A DNA stretch of 63,985 nt, the filler included, from Reticulomyxa filosa (lineage: Eukaryota > Protista > Foraminifera): NCBI GenBank assembly GCA_000512085.1. It is 13 parts of 13 records of this genome, joined end to end, with 100 filler letters (N's around TTAATTAATTAA, not from the genome) between each part and the next. Parts side by side here need not be neighbours in the genome. Positions count along the whole stretch, not along the records: positions 44,874 to 47,780 come from ASPP01003138.1; positions 47,881 to 51,344 come from ASPP01015867.1; positions 51,445 to 53,390 come from ASPP01007786.1; positions 53,491 to 59,413 come from ASPP01003738.1; positions 59,514 to 62,805 come from ASPP01023263.1; 8 more parts are not named here. One strand, 5' to 3'. Under the pieces are notes generated by a model, which was not told the DNA's origin, made no database searches, and saw only the letters and a list, made by a program, of their open reading frames with translations. Below, piece after piece: positions 47,741-61,846 of the stretch. Each line of letters opens with the position of its first letter. Position 1 is the stretch's first letter. The position numbers and the translations under genes were made by a program.

Positions 47741-50129
47741 ATATTTATATTTGTATTTGTATTTGTATTTGTATTTGTATNNNNNNNNNNNNNNNNNNNN
47801 NNNNNNNNNNNNNNNNNNNNNNNNTTAATTAATTAANNNNNNNNNNNNNNNNNNNNNNNNNNNNNNNNNNNNNNNNNNNNGAAGATGTGAAAGGACCAGC
47901 ACAATATCAAAGCAAAGAATTTTCATTATTATTTGAGTCGGACGAAAAAACGTTGTCAAATTGGATAATCGCTATTTGAACACACACAAGTCTCATTTCA
48001 AAGTTCGAGTCTGTACACTGATCCATGTGCTTTGATCTTGCTCAATTCAAACAAAAATTATTCGCGTGGAAGCGTGGAAGATGAAAAAAACAAAAACCAA
48101 TTAAAATTTGAAACATATTGTCAATCTTATCATCTTGTTTGTTTAATTTTTTTAAGATTAGAAAATTTTGAAATCGATATGGTGAAATATATCAATCATC
48201 ACAGCGCATGTGTTAAAACCTTATTATCTACTCCTACATGATGGCAACGAGATACTATTCGATGTCTTTTTTGCTAGGAATAGTGATAAGAATCCATTCC
48301 TAATTTCGCACAGTCTTATGCTCTTTTGAGCACTTATTGTTTTTTTTTTCTTGCAAAATCAGTCGATTTGCATATTATCTACTTTGAGAAATTTTTTACT
48401 ATATACATAATTTAATAAAAGATATCTAAAAGGAGGATTCAAATTAGTATTATAAAAAAAATACTTGCAATCGAATAAAAAAAAATTAAAGACTCGAGTA
48501 TAATAGTGTTGTCTTCTTTTGTTGTGATTCAATGCCCTAAAGATACTTCAGTCTGTGATATTGAGAAAGTATACACACATGTCACTACATGCTCTTTGGA
48601 TGGCTCTCTGTGCCAATTACATATCCCTTTGGAACAATATAACACTTTCTTACCTCCACAGACTTTCCTTTGGAGAGAGATTCATATGTCCATTTGATTA
48701 TCAAATCATTATTTGGATACAAACTCATCTATTTGTGAATAATAATCAACAAATGTGTTTCGCCTTAGTATTGAATCCCTTGTGGTTAAGGCTCTCACAT
48801 CTCCCTCTTTTCATTCTGTAAAATAACTACCAGGAACAATAGTCCCAACTTTGATATAGTAGAAGTATCACCACTCAGACGGTGTCTCTTTGCCGAATTT
48901 CCATTTTGATGATTATCAATATCATTTATTTATTTCCTTCCTGCCTCCTCTGCTGTGTTCAGATTATCTTCCGTGGTACATATTTACCAGTTTATTTCTG
49001 TTATTTTAAACACAAAAGTACGGTATTTTTTCAAAACATATCTAGATTATTTTCAACGTCTAGTTTTTTTCAAAATATTTTGTTTGCTTCTGTATGTTAG
49101 GAATTCATCTTTTGAAGAGTTTTATTTAACATTGTATAAAAAATTTTCTTTTTTTGGTGTGTTTTTAAAGAAAATATCTTGTTCAATCCCACTTTAACCA
49201 GTCTTTGAAAATGGTGACAAAGAAAAAAACTCATTTCTAAAGCTCAACGTCATTTTCGAAAAAACAAATATCACCATGAAAAATCTATTAAACATTAAGA
49301 AAACAGATTCATCATCATCATCAGTAACTATCTTACCTAATCTTTTTTAACGTCTTGCAGTGGTAACACGAGCAATTGGAATGTACTTGACCATTAGTAT
49401 ATGTGCACACAAGTATCTGGCGCTGTGTCACTCCAACAATTATCCGCAAAGAAGGCGTCGATCTGCGATTTACATGTTCCAACGAGCAAGTGAATCTAAC
49501 TACTCGTGTCAAAATTGGTCGTGAGCGTACGCACATCCGCAATCTTGGCTTTTTAGTCGTCAGTGTGCTGCTGATTGAAGAAATAGTGAGATCGCGAATT
49601 ACATAAGTATTAATGATGGTGAAAAGATAGAGAGAAAATTCTGCATTTTAATATCTTAAATCTAAAAAACTTCAAATCGAATCTATACGCATATTTCGTT
49701 TTCACCTGCGTCTTTGCAAAAAACTGATAATTGGAATTAGTTGCGATGATATGCAATAAATTCTTATATTGCTCAGGGTTAGTGCCAAAATAAGCGCTCT
49801 AAAAGAGCCACGCGAAGCGTCGATTGTCGAAATAGTAATTAACTCTTGCCACTATTCTTGGCAAAAAAGATCTCGAGTAACGTACAAGATAAAGGAACAA
49901 AAGACTAGAAAGAAAAGTTTGAATCCAATGAAGCAATTAGAACAAAAGTAGCAGTAGTATTGGTGATTTGAAGTTGGGGAGATGTGCAAGTTGTTTGGAC
50001 ATGAAAATGAACAAAGGACTCTGAAATATCAGAAAATGCAGAAGAAGGTGATAAAAATACGAATAGTAAAACAAGAGTTTAAAAAAAAACAATACAAATG
50101 GAATTTCACCCTGTCAAACGCATTTCCAC

Positions 50130-50560
50130 AAACAAAGATTTCTGTCTTCTGAGCCAGAGAAGTTAATTTTATAATATTGAGAAGGGAGTTTCCACAACCG
50201 AATAGTTTTGTCATTGAAGCTGATACCATTTTAAATCTATCAGACGAAAATTGTATAGAAGTAATATCCTTCCAATTTTTGAGAGCTGTTTTTCAGATGC
50301 TGCATCCCAATTCAGATAATTTGGAAATAACGTTTTGAATATGAATATCGATCCATTGATCATTAAATACTTCATATGCTTGTGCTTTTGGAATTCCACT
50401 CTCTAGACCATATTGTTTTACCAATGATGGTAAGATAGTTAAAATAAGCTGAACAAGAAATGGCTCTTCCATCATTTTTTGTATGTTTATTTAATGTCCA
50501 ATCTTTTCTTATTTCTAAATTGAATTCACTGTTTTGTAAATGACCATAAGTACAGCATTG
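50130..50560 (-). pseudogene. Fragment of a NACHT/STAND-type NTPase gene (post-P-loop helical region)
   Basis: MMEEPFLVQLILTILPSL...KAQAYEVFNDQWI resembles the xxxPFLLxL...LYxxFxxxW motif that follows STAND NTPase cores. Flanked by stops and frameshifts. Confidence 0.55.
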
Positions 50561-51444
50561 ATGTATTATTTTGGTTTACATTAAATTATTTTTAACAGCA
50601 TTATCATTCAATATTATGTAAGACTGTGACCTGTTCATTTTTATTTCCAATTCTTGTATCTTATTCTTTGCATCTGCATTATCAGCTTTCTGTTTGTATT
50701 TAAATGTAAAACTAAGTACTTATCAATTTTCTTTTTTGAATCGAGTGTAAACTAACTTTTTGTGTCATCAATATAGAGATTGTCTTTTCAATCATCACAG
50801 ACACATTGTCATTATTTTCTTCGAGTTGTCTCTTCAACTCTTTTTCTTCCATTCACTACTACATAATCTTATTAATGCTCTTAGCTCCGCTGGATATTTT
50901 CCTTGATCCGCGCCATGTTGCATTCCTCCCACAAGTTTAACATTGTTTTTGCTTACAGGACTCATCACTTGTTCATCTTTATATACGTACGCATACATTT
51001 CTTCTTTAGCCTATGTGATCACAAGGACAATCACGTGCGCACACTAAAAAGAATGACTGACTCGTGTATTTATTATTCACAGTATTAATAAGTATTTCTA
51101 CAGATGAAACAGAACTTCTCACATCAATTGCATCTGGATTGTATATTCTCCAAATAGTTCATTCTTCGATTGCTGTAATTATCATTATTATTTTTTTCTT
51201 TTTTTACTTCAGGTACGTATAATAGATTCATATATGTCATCCCAAAAAAAAAAAAAAAAAAGACTCACTAATTATGTACAGACAGTTTCAATCCAAAATG
51301 TTCTTGTAAAATAAGTGTTCCTCCCAAAAAAATATTAAAAAAAANNNNNNNNNNNNNNNNNNNNNNNNNNNNNNNNNNNNNNNNNNNNTTAATTAATTAA
51401 NNNNNNNNNNNNNNNNNNNNNNNNNNNNNNNNNNNNNNNNNNNN

Positions 51445-51481
<37 letters not shown>

Positions 51482-53323
51482 GAACCAAAAAGAATCGCAC
51501 GGTGATCCAGTGGATCCATCAGCATGACCGCTAGGAGGAGATGTAACAGCAGCTTTTCCTCCGTGATTCCAATAAACATAAAACTGATAATAAAACTGTC
51601 CTCCGGCGAAAATCCAAGAAAACAACATGAAGGAAGACAAAACTAGAAATACATTTCGACGAATTTTGCCCGGTTTGAATTGGACGACAACATAGAGTAA
51701 ATACAAAAAGCACATCAAAGCGGAGGCAGTGACGAAGGCACACGCAATTGCAACAGCAGTTCCAGCCGAAACGAGTTGGCCACTTAAGCGACGGTCGATG
51801 ACAGCGCTGGATTGCACATTGCGCCAGCCGATGGGAATGAACACTCCGACAATGTCCAGCCGTAGCTGAGTGTCTACACTGGCAATCGTCACATAGCCCG
51901 ACTGTTGCATGAACCAGCACACGGTGCCATACAGCACTATCTTACGTGTCGATTCTTGCATTTCCAACACCCTTGGCAAGTTCAATGGAGGCCTTTCCGA
52001 CTCGGCTGTTTTCTGTTCCCAAAGAGAAAAGTGGAAAAGTGTTAATGCAATTTAATAAATGTATATAATATATATACATATATATACATATATATATATA
52101 CACATTTATTTATTATTATTATTACAAAAATATACTTGATGTTCGGGATAATAGAATTTAATTGTTTCCAGACGTAGTGGTGGATCTAGTCTGTCAGAAC
52201 AATCCCAATCAGTTTCATTGTTGCAGTATGACAATTATGTCACTCCATCCTCCCCCCTTTTTTTTTTTGAAAAAAAAAAAAAAAGTGAGGACACAGACTC
52301 AACTTTCTGGCCGTGAGATAGAAACAACACGACATGAGCAAGACGATGACAAACTGGGCCACCCAACCGTAGTTGGGCACGACGTAAGCGTAGCACGTGC
52401 CGCTGATGCAATTGTTATCAACGTAATAATTCATTTCCACCAGGCCGTGGAAGCATACTATCAAGTACCACATTATACATATCCAAAACATACTTTTTAC
52501 AAATCCGTACAATACATTCAGCGTCTGTCGTTGAAGGATACGTATACTACAGCACTATTCGTATATATATATATGTATACGTATATGTTATATGTATATA
52601 TTACTTGTGAGTTGTTGCACTATTTAACAACAAAACAGGAGGGGGGGGGGGGGACAGAGGGGAAAAAAAAAAAAAAAAGGCTCATTTTTGGTTTTTTGTG
52701 TTTTAAAAAAAAAAAAAAAAAATGAAACGAACAGTGACGTAGAGTGGCAAATTGGAATTGTGACGAGTGCACAAGATGAAGAATGCGATAGGGGAGACGA
52801 ATAAAGAGAAGAGCAGGCCAAAGAGATAAAAATTGCCGACGTCGGCGGCGACGGGATAAGTGTAGAGATCAGTGTACGTGTCGGAGACGCCGTAATTGAC
52901 TCGCCGTCCGCGGTATCCGTAGCTCCAGCGAATGGTTTCGACGTCGCCAAAGACGCCGACGATAGTGAGAATGCCCGTGTCGAACGAGCAGAGTCCGACC
53001 AGCGTGCAAACGAGCACAACGACGAGGATCACAATGAGCCATTTCACGCCGTCTTTGGGAGAGCGCGTCGAGTATTCGTCGCGAAAGCACTCGCGAATGG
53101 CCTTCTTATCCACTTCCATTATCGTCGTCGTCGTCGTCATTCCTATTGCCTTGGATGATCGTTGTTGTGTCGATCTCATTGCTATCTCTGTCGCTATTGC
53201 TGTCGTTGTTGTTGTTGCTGCTGCTGATGCTGCTGATGCTACTTTCTGCGACGATATGGTCGTCGGGTCCGATGATGTGATTGACGACGAATGCCGCTTT
53301 TTTTCATCGCTATTGTTGTCCAT
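51445..53323 (-). CDS. Multi-pass membrane protein, multi-exon, 3'-partial
   Basis: ORFs 52703-53323, 52240-52512 and 51389-51985 supply a Ser/Thr-rich N-terminus and about 8 hydrophobic helices, separated by poly-T/(TA) introns. Confidence 0.7.
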
Positions 53324-55593
53324 GTCTTGTCTTGACCCCGCATCATCTTTTTTTTTTTTTTAAAAAAAAAAAGAGGTTATTTATTTTAACNNNNNNNNNN
53401 NNNNNNNNNNNNNNNNNNNNNNNNNNNNNNNNNNTTAATTAATTAANNNNNNNNNNNNNNNNNNNNNNNNNNNNNNNNNNNNNNNNNNNNAAACAAAACA
53501 AAACAAAAAATTAATGAAATATATAACTTAACATATCGGATAATAATTTTTTCAAAATCACTTATCCATCCTAATTTATTCAAAATTCGATTCCAATTCT
53601 GGATTATTAGTCTTACCTCTGCTTCTGACTGTTTTCAATTATTCATTCAGAAAATACTTCATTTTTGTGTTACTACAATCAAATATACACTCAGTAACGC
53701 AAGTGTAAGGCCTTACCAACTGTGGTGCTAGAGACACCTTATTGTTAATGACAAGGCTTTTTCCTTCATTTTGCTCGCTGACGATGGAAATATCACTTGT
53801 ATTTTGACACGTGCCCATATTAACGTTTTTTTTGAACTGTCTGCAGTCCCAAGGAAACGACCTACAACTTTGAATTTTTATACTATTTTTGTACTTTACT
53901 AAGCTTTCTTTACTTGGACTGCAAATGAACTTCTAATTAATTTTGAATGATATTTAAAAAATAATATCAATCGACGTTACACGTGCATAGTCAAAAGGAT
54001 TTCAATTTCAATTTTTTTGAACGGGTAGTTTTACGAACGCTGTCAGAAAATGCATTTACTTTTGTGCTTATATTTCTTTCCATTGCAACCCATTTTTTCC
54101 AGAGAACGCTATGAATGAAGAGCCGGAGATTTCGACATTCAACTCGATTCTTCTTATTCTCAGAAATTTCGCTTCTGACGACAATTGTGAAGCAAGTTTC
54201 ACAATTACCTGGAAATTTCCGTTTAGTTCTGAGACCGCTCATTCTAAAACTAAAAAAAAACTTTATTAAATATATATTTTTGTCTGTTCTTGGCGAACGT
54301 TTTGTTTCCTTGCAAACTAACGATAGAGCCAATAGTCTTAATCGACTGGCAAAGACCATATTAGTCAAGACAAACCAAAAGAATACAATATGAGAGCCAT
54401 GAAGATATATTTACAAAAATTGTATCTCTTTTCGTTGCAGCAAGGTGAAATGGAATTGTGCAAGGAAACACTACAAAGAATGAAAAATTACAATTTGAAA
54501 TACGAGAGGACATAGCTAGGCTAAAATATGGAAGATACGTACAAAATGGCTGGACAAATATGTATCGTTTGAATCCATCAAACAAATGATGGAACAAGTT
54601 TCATGTGACAATTGCAACCAGACAAAATGGATAAATGGAGTGGATATTGAACAAGTATCCTGAATCTGGATATAAAGTCAATTTAATGGTTTTTGATAAG
54701 TTTTTAATTACTGGCAATGATGATGATGTTGAATATCAAAGTATGGAGGCATGAGCATGTGGAATGAATGGGTTATTTGAAACCTCCAATTGATTGGTAT
54801 AATTAATTTGGCATGTAATGTTCAAATCACTTTGCAAATGAAATGTGGTCGTGCTCAAACCATTCAATTGTTTTTTTTTTCAAAGAAGCAGCAAAGTGAA
54901 ATAGAAATTCATTCGCGCGACGTGTTGTTGCAATCGATCTCTCAACTTGCAATTGCAATATTTTACATATTAGCACATTGGAATCATTGGAACGTGAAAT
55001 GAAGCAAACTCTTTATTCGGACATTGTTTGTTTACTTGTCAGGAGATGACATCGACATTCGTGCATTTTTTACAAATGCAAATTGTATTTTGTTTTGACC
55101 ATTGTCGTGAACAGTCACAAATTATTCAGAGTGGACTACACGCTGGTCATTTTCTATCGTATCCAGATTTATAGCTTCACATATATTCTCTAAAACCATC
55201 AAAATTTTTTTTAAAGTTCCATCCATAAATATAATTTTTTGCTTCAAATAGAAATTTAATAGTTTATACAAGTCACCAAATAATTTCAATATATTTTGTG
55301 GCTCCATCTGATTTTTTTTTTTAGCCAAAAAATTTGTGTTCTCTATCCGAAGTGTTCGCTGCTTTTGGATTGCAGTGGTGTACTTGCTATTTAAAAGATA
55401 TATAACTATCCTGCAAAACATTAATCTAATTGCTTTCAACATTATCAACACGTTTATACTTGTTATTGTCTCACTTACTTAAAGAAATGAGTTCGTACGT
55501 TTAATTGAATTTCCTTGTGAAAAGGAAATATAGCACCAAAAAGAAAAAAAAACTTGACCATAAAAAAAAAAATATTTTCTGTCCCCTTATAAA

Positions 55594-56382
55594 ATGGATC
55601 GACTCCAGCGGTACTTCACTAACATTGACAAAGATATTATCTTGAAGACATGGAACAATTGCAAAAAGGATTTCAACGAAGCGACAACAATTTTGCGCTT
55701 TATTGCAGAAAACAAGTTAACAACAAAACTACGTAAACAGCACGCCCACCACAAATAAATGTTTATCGGAAAAAAAATGTCACTTATAGCATGTTGCCGC
55801 AACAACAAGCGAGTTTGATGAAATTACTACAAACTCTCGGCGATCAAATCGACAAATCAGTGATTTTGGAGGCCTGGAAGAAACATGGAGAAATTGGTGC
55901 CAATCTAATTCTGGTACTTTTTAAATTTGGCGTGGCTGACAATACTAGCAGGTTTAAACTTTGTGAGTATGTCCAAAAAAAAAAAAAAAATATGTCAGAT
56001 TGATCTTGTTTCCATTTATCATAGAATCCAAAGAGACAATGAATTGGAAATATTAAGAAGAATTTGTTTAAGTGTGTTATGGAATATCTTAAATCACCCA
56101 ACAAAGGTCAAATATCGTCAACTCGACGATAATGCTTTGTACAGCTATTTGAAACGCAAATGCACCCAACGAGGTGTAAAGATTGACACAATAGCGGTGA
56201 AAATGGAGAGATATTTGCAACAGTTTGGATTTCAAAAAGAAAGTGATAACAATTGGTATTATTCCACCGACGTTCAAATATTGAGATTATGGCAATATTA
56301 TGAAGAGTGGGTCAACACACAAACAAGGTATTTTTACTTTAGTATATATGATGTATATATAATACATATATATATATGTATA

Positions 56383-56415
<33 letters not shown>

Positions 56416-58538
56416 ATATTATATATATATATATTATATATATATATATAATATATACATATATTTCTTTTTGTATCACAATTAACTTAATTTGATACAT
56501 TATTCCAATAGTCACAAATCAAGATCAATTCCAAAAAAAGTGTGTATGTTGAAGAATGGACGATGGAGAGACTACGAAATTTTGCTTGATTATGAATATC
56601 GAAGAATTATGTTATTGGACGTTGGCAAAGGAAAAAACAAGTTAAAAGTCGAGACATTGCAAGTTGGAAACCCGAAGAAATCATCATTGGAATTCAATGT
56701 TTGTATTGAATGGTACAATGATTCATCGACAATTGCGACCACATGTACCAAGTGGTTCTGCGTGATCCTCAATGATTCCTGGCACTTTCGTACGGAGACA
56801 TTGCAGGAGATTTATGCTTTGTCAGACCTTTGCTCTGTTAAACAAACAAACAAACAAAAAAAAATTTGTGCAAGAGTTTTTGGAATGAAAATAGTTTTTT
56901 TTTTTTTTTAAAAAAAAAAGCTTGACATTTGAATAGATGTTTAATTCCTTTCATGTCGTGTGGAAAGATCGCTGTATGTGTTTACACAAAGAGCCATGCA
57001 ATCCTTATTGGATGACATTGAGAAAAGGACTTGATCGTTTGAAAAAAAAGTATGAAATGGCAGCAGAATATGATAATGGAGCAAAGAAATTGATTGCATT
57101 TGAGAATAAATATGAGCAATGTAATCCAGTAATTCCATTATATACAAATGAAAATATGTTATTACACGATATTTACAAAAATGTGGATCACTATCCAAAA
57201 GTGCAAGTCAGTTGGAAAATAATAGGAATATCTATAATACCTTACAAATGCACGAAAAGGATTTTTTTAAGAAATATCAAGAATAACAAAAATGAAAGAA
57301 TTGATTTAAAGGAAAGACCTGCATTTAATCCATTTTTATATAAATATGATTTACATAAACTTAAACCTGTTCACTTTGCTATCCACACTAACTTTGCATG
57401 TACAATCGAATTAAAACAATTATTACATGAAATAATTACAAATGGTTATTTATTGGATTTGATTTCGAAAAAATTGCCAAACACAAACCAAGATATAATC
57501 AAACAACGAATTCGTTATAATGAACAAAATCCAGAGGAGCTGGTATTAAATGATAATATATTGACAATATTGCAAAAAGTGAAAATATTATATCATAATG
57601 ATGTGCATAAATATATGGGATATCCACTTCAATTACACCATATTTGTGCAATATTGCTGTACTGCAATGAATCATGTAATGCGGCATTCAGCTTTGACCA
57701 AATGCAATTTAAGCACGAAAAATGGAAACATTTGGATATTTATTTATATACTGCGATCCAGATTTTACATAGACATGAAAGAAGAGAAGAAAATGTAATG
57801 GAATTATATTGTGGATTAAAAGGAGTGAGATTAGAAAATATTGAAAATGAAATCAAAGTGGGTTTTTTTATCAGTTATGTACAAGCTTGTGACAATATAC
57901 AAGTCGCACGAATATCCAAAAGTAATGAGGGATGTATTTTACATTTTCATCCTTCCATGAGAAGAGCAAATATAATATTTAGTTGTGATATGTCATGGAT
58001 ATCGCCATGCCAATATGGACATGAAATTTTATTTGCAAGATCTTTTGTATACTTTGATATGAATGCAAAAGCAATGAGTGAAACAAACAAATGGAATGCA
58101 AAAGTAGAAAGTGAAGATAAATATACACAAATGATATTATTGACATGGACAGAATATGATCAATTTATACAACACATTACAAACATTAGTATCATGCACA
58201 AACACAAGATTAATCTAAATCTTATTTACATTTCATTTAAATATTTGTGTGATGGCGATATGAACAAAGCAACCAAATTATTACGTGAATTCAAAGAATG
58301 GAAACTGAATGATAACAATAAACAAAAATACAAAGATTGGAAAAAAGAATTTGTGAAACATCGCTGTTGTGATCGCGCCATTAACTTATTTCATATTTTT
58401 CTTACTGAAAATGGCATATTGAGGGGGCATAATCCTGTTAAATACGCAGCTATTTGTACTGCTTCCAATGGATTGCCTTATGTCGAAAACGATAAGAAGA
58501 CAATGAAAAAAGGAAAGCGACATGAATTTATCAAATGA
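55594..58538 (+). CDS. CUE-like x2 + PUB + ADP-ribosyltransferase-like multidomain protein, multi-exon
   Basis: LQRYFTNIDKDIILKTWNNCKKDFNEATTIL (CUE-like); LWNILNHPTKVKYRQL...YLQQFGF (PUB); LYCGLKGV...GFFISYV...QVAR...DMSWISPCQYGHEILF (R-S-E clade ART layout, degenerate). The last three introns splice in frame; the first junction is unclear. Confidence 0.7.
56345..56464. repeat. Intronic (TA)n microsatellite
   Basis: About 120 nt of nearly pure TA repeats. Confidence 0.9.
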
Positions 58539-59899
58539 CTATTTCTAATATTTGGAAGCATAGATTCATTGGCGAATTTGGCTTCGTTTTTTTTTTTAAA
58601 AAAATAAAAAAATCATTTGTTTTTATCATTATCTACAATTAGTATATTGTTTAGATATTATGGCGAGAGCATACTTGGAATTCGATAAAGTAATAACTAT
58701 CTTGCATTTTAATCACATGAAGTAAATTGACAACATAACTCCATTACTATATTTTTTAAAATGGCAGAGCAGTATTTGTTCGAAGGTTCCGATTTGGGAT
58801 AACGACGATATTTTTTTCCGTCATTTATGCTCTCGTTTATTTTATTTATTCCAAATTTTGTGTGTTCGTTTCAAAAAATTAATTGAATAAATTAGAGAGT
58901 TGTTTTGTCTTTTTAAACTTCTTTTTCTTGCACTGACTCTGAAAATTGTTTATAGAATGTTTCTTAAAAAGATTTTTTTTCTCACATTAATAGACTTGAG
59001 TCAATCTTAAATGGCCATTTTTTTCCTACGGCAGGATGTTAAAGAAAAAATATAAGTTGTGTTTCAAAGTACAATAAGCAAATGTTAAAAAATATTTGAT
59101 GCAGATTACTTATTCTGTCTTTTTCTTTTAAGACAATTTTGATCCAAAATAAAACACTAATTACAATCCTATCAAGTGAATATCCTTCAGATATTTGTCC
59201 AACATCAGTGGCACATTTTTGCTGTGTTGCCAATTCTTTTACTAATTCTAGACAAACGAGCAGCTGTTTTAGAGAATAAAATTCGGTATGTAGATAAATT
59301 TAAAAGACATCAATTTCTGCTCGGCTGTTTACAAGAACATTTCAAAAGAGAAAAAATTGCTTTTATTTTGTAGTGCATATAAAATTTAGACAAAAAGTAA
59401 TAGTAGCGTCAAANNNNNNNNNNNNNNNNNNNNNNNNNNNNNNNNNNNNNNNNNNNNTTAATTAATTAANNNNNNNNNNNNNNNNNNNNNNNNNNNNNNN
59501 NNNNNNNNNNNNNGCATGGATTTTAAAGTAACATGACTGTACAAAGTTTTAATCTCATCGCACAAATAAGGTTTAAGATAACCGAATACCATCAAATTAA
59601 GTTGATCAATCATTTCGATAAAACAGTGGCAATATTTTAAGTCATTTGTTTTGTTTTATTTGAGTTTACATTTCAACTTGATATTGATTTTCAAATATTG
59701 AAAATTTTAAATAGGCCTAATTGTGAAATAAACAGTATAAAATTTTCAGTAAATGATTGTCTTTAAGTTATTGTTATATTTATTCATAGTGTAGTGAGAC
59801 TACTTACGTCACAATGGAGTCAGTATGACTCCAGATATACAAAGTTGTTTCTTTTTTAATTTACATTTCAAAAACGCTTCTTACTTTCTTAAAACGTGC

Positions 59900-60360
59900 T
59901 TTTCCGCTCCAGGTTCTCTACAATAGCATTGAACATACCATTCAATAGTTGTCGATATTTATGTTCTGAATCTACTATCTACTGACAAAACTCTTCGTTT
60001 ATTTGTCATGTGCTACAACTATTCGTATAGTAATATCGACAATGAAACAATTCATTTTATCCAATAAACATAAAGTTTGTTAGTCGTGTAAAATATGGAC
60101 CAAATGGATTAGTAAGTACAATATTATCTGGATCAAGAGATAACATTGTTTGTTTATGTGATGTTCGATCTGGTCAACAAATTCAAATGTTCAAAGGATA
60201 TACTTTCTGCTGAACATTCGCAATTTGTAGTAAATAATACCGGTAGTTCGAATGTGATGTGTTATTGATAATACAATTCATTTTTGATATCCGATCCAAT
60301 AATAACGAATTGCACTTAATCAAATGATATAACCAAAGATATTGTGATATTGTGTCTTTA
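59900..60360 (+). pseudogene. Decayed WD40 gene of the same family as 1089-2321
   Basis: VKYGPNGLVSTILSGSRDNIVCLCDVRSGQQIQMFKG and FVVNNTGSSNVMC remnants, with stops and deletions. Confidence 0.75.
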
Positions 60361-60517
60361 TTAATTATAAGACAAGATTAGGATTAATGCACCAACTAAA
60401 TCAAAATTTTTCAGTTCTCAATACAGCTTCTAAATTCATCTTGTGTACAAGTTGCTCTGTGTCAATCCAAAAAAAAGGGCCAAAGGGAATCTAGCCACCA
60501 AAAAAATCCAAATAATA

Positions 60518-61446
60518 ATGACTACACACGATTTTAAGATTGTAATACTTGGTGAAGGGCGTGTTGGGAAGACATCTCTTTTAATAAGGTCAATAATAGA
60601 ATATTTTTTTTGTCAACGAACAACAGGATTGTTTTGCTCGTCAAAAACGCAAACATAAAACATAAAGATACGTTCAAAACGGATTCACTGAGTTGCAACA
60701 GTCCACAATTCAAGCGTCATTTTTAAAAAAGAAATTGAATTTTGGTTCCACGTCTGTTTGTCTGCATATTTGGGATACGGCTGGACAAGTGAGAATTGCT
60801 CGCTTGTACATCAGATCAAAAAAAAAAAAAGAGGGAAAGGAGAGGAAGGCAATAGGTGTTAACATACTGACAATGGGTCACATAATAATTCTAATAACAA
60901 TAACAAGGAAAAATTTCACAGTGTGGCTCCCATTTATTATCGCGATGCAGACGGGGCAGTATTGGTATATGATATAACTGATAACGCGTCATTTGACAAA
61001 GTTCAACGTTGGGTAGAAGAATTGAAAATTATGGCAAAACGTGACATTGTAATCATTATGGCCGCGAACAAACAAGACATGATTTCAAATCAAAGGGTAT
61101 GATAATATTTTAAACTCTGCAAAACAAAAAAATTTTGTAGTCTGTCCTTGTATCTTGGAATTACACTGTATAACTATATGAAACGGAAATAAAATAGATC
61201 GATGCAGCAAAAGCACACTCATTTGCGTCCAAAATTGATGCCAAACTAATTGGAACTTCTGCCAAAACTGGAGAAGGTGTAGAAACATTGTTTTTGGAGC
61301 TGACCAAACAAATATTAAATCAAAAAAAGTCTTCTCAAAACACAAGCGAAATAAGCTCTCAAGGCAGCAGAAGAAACAAACCCAACATTTCTGTGGCCAC
61401 AAGCAAAACTAACCCCAAAAAGGAAAGTTGTTGTATGGTCATATAA
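60518..61446 (+). CDS. RAB21: Rab21 GTPase, four exons
   Basis: FKIVILGEGRVGKTSL, STIQASFLKKKL (Rab21 effector motif), IWDTAGQEKFH, PIYYRDADGA, ANKQD, TSAKTG, C-terminal CCMVI*. Confidence 0.93.
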
Positions 61447-61846
61447 TTTTTCATTTAATTATCTTTCTTAAAAAAAAGTAGGTTTACAATTTGATTCGTA
61501 GTCTTCTTATTTGAGCATATGCAATTTTTCAACGCTTTATCTTGTTAATTAATTTTTTTTTCTTTAATGAAGTATATACTTTTTTTTGAATATGCACATC
61601 CCTCTCTCAAAAAAAGGGCTTTCTAAAAACTATCGAGAAAAAAAAGCGATACTATCGAGGTAATTACGTTGTGCAACAGCAGAGAATGCTGAGCAATTGT
61701 AAATCTTGTATTCTTTTACATCCAGATTATCTCTCATTCCAACAGGACACAAGAGAATATTTCCAAATATCGAAACCAAAAAGAAAAAAACTACAATACC
61801 AGCAAAAATTGTTCACAATTTCAATTTTTTTTTTTTTCTCACAAAA

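Noticed and set aside
48480-48900. Minus-strand relic with CGGKKVLYCSKGICNWH, resembling a MYND finger
   Set aside because: Too many stops and too few conserved Cys/His residues to assign a family.
54380-54800. Possible kelch-repeat pseudogene
   Set aside because: Only a vague W/G pattern with stops in all frames; not supportable by eye.
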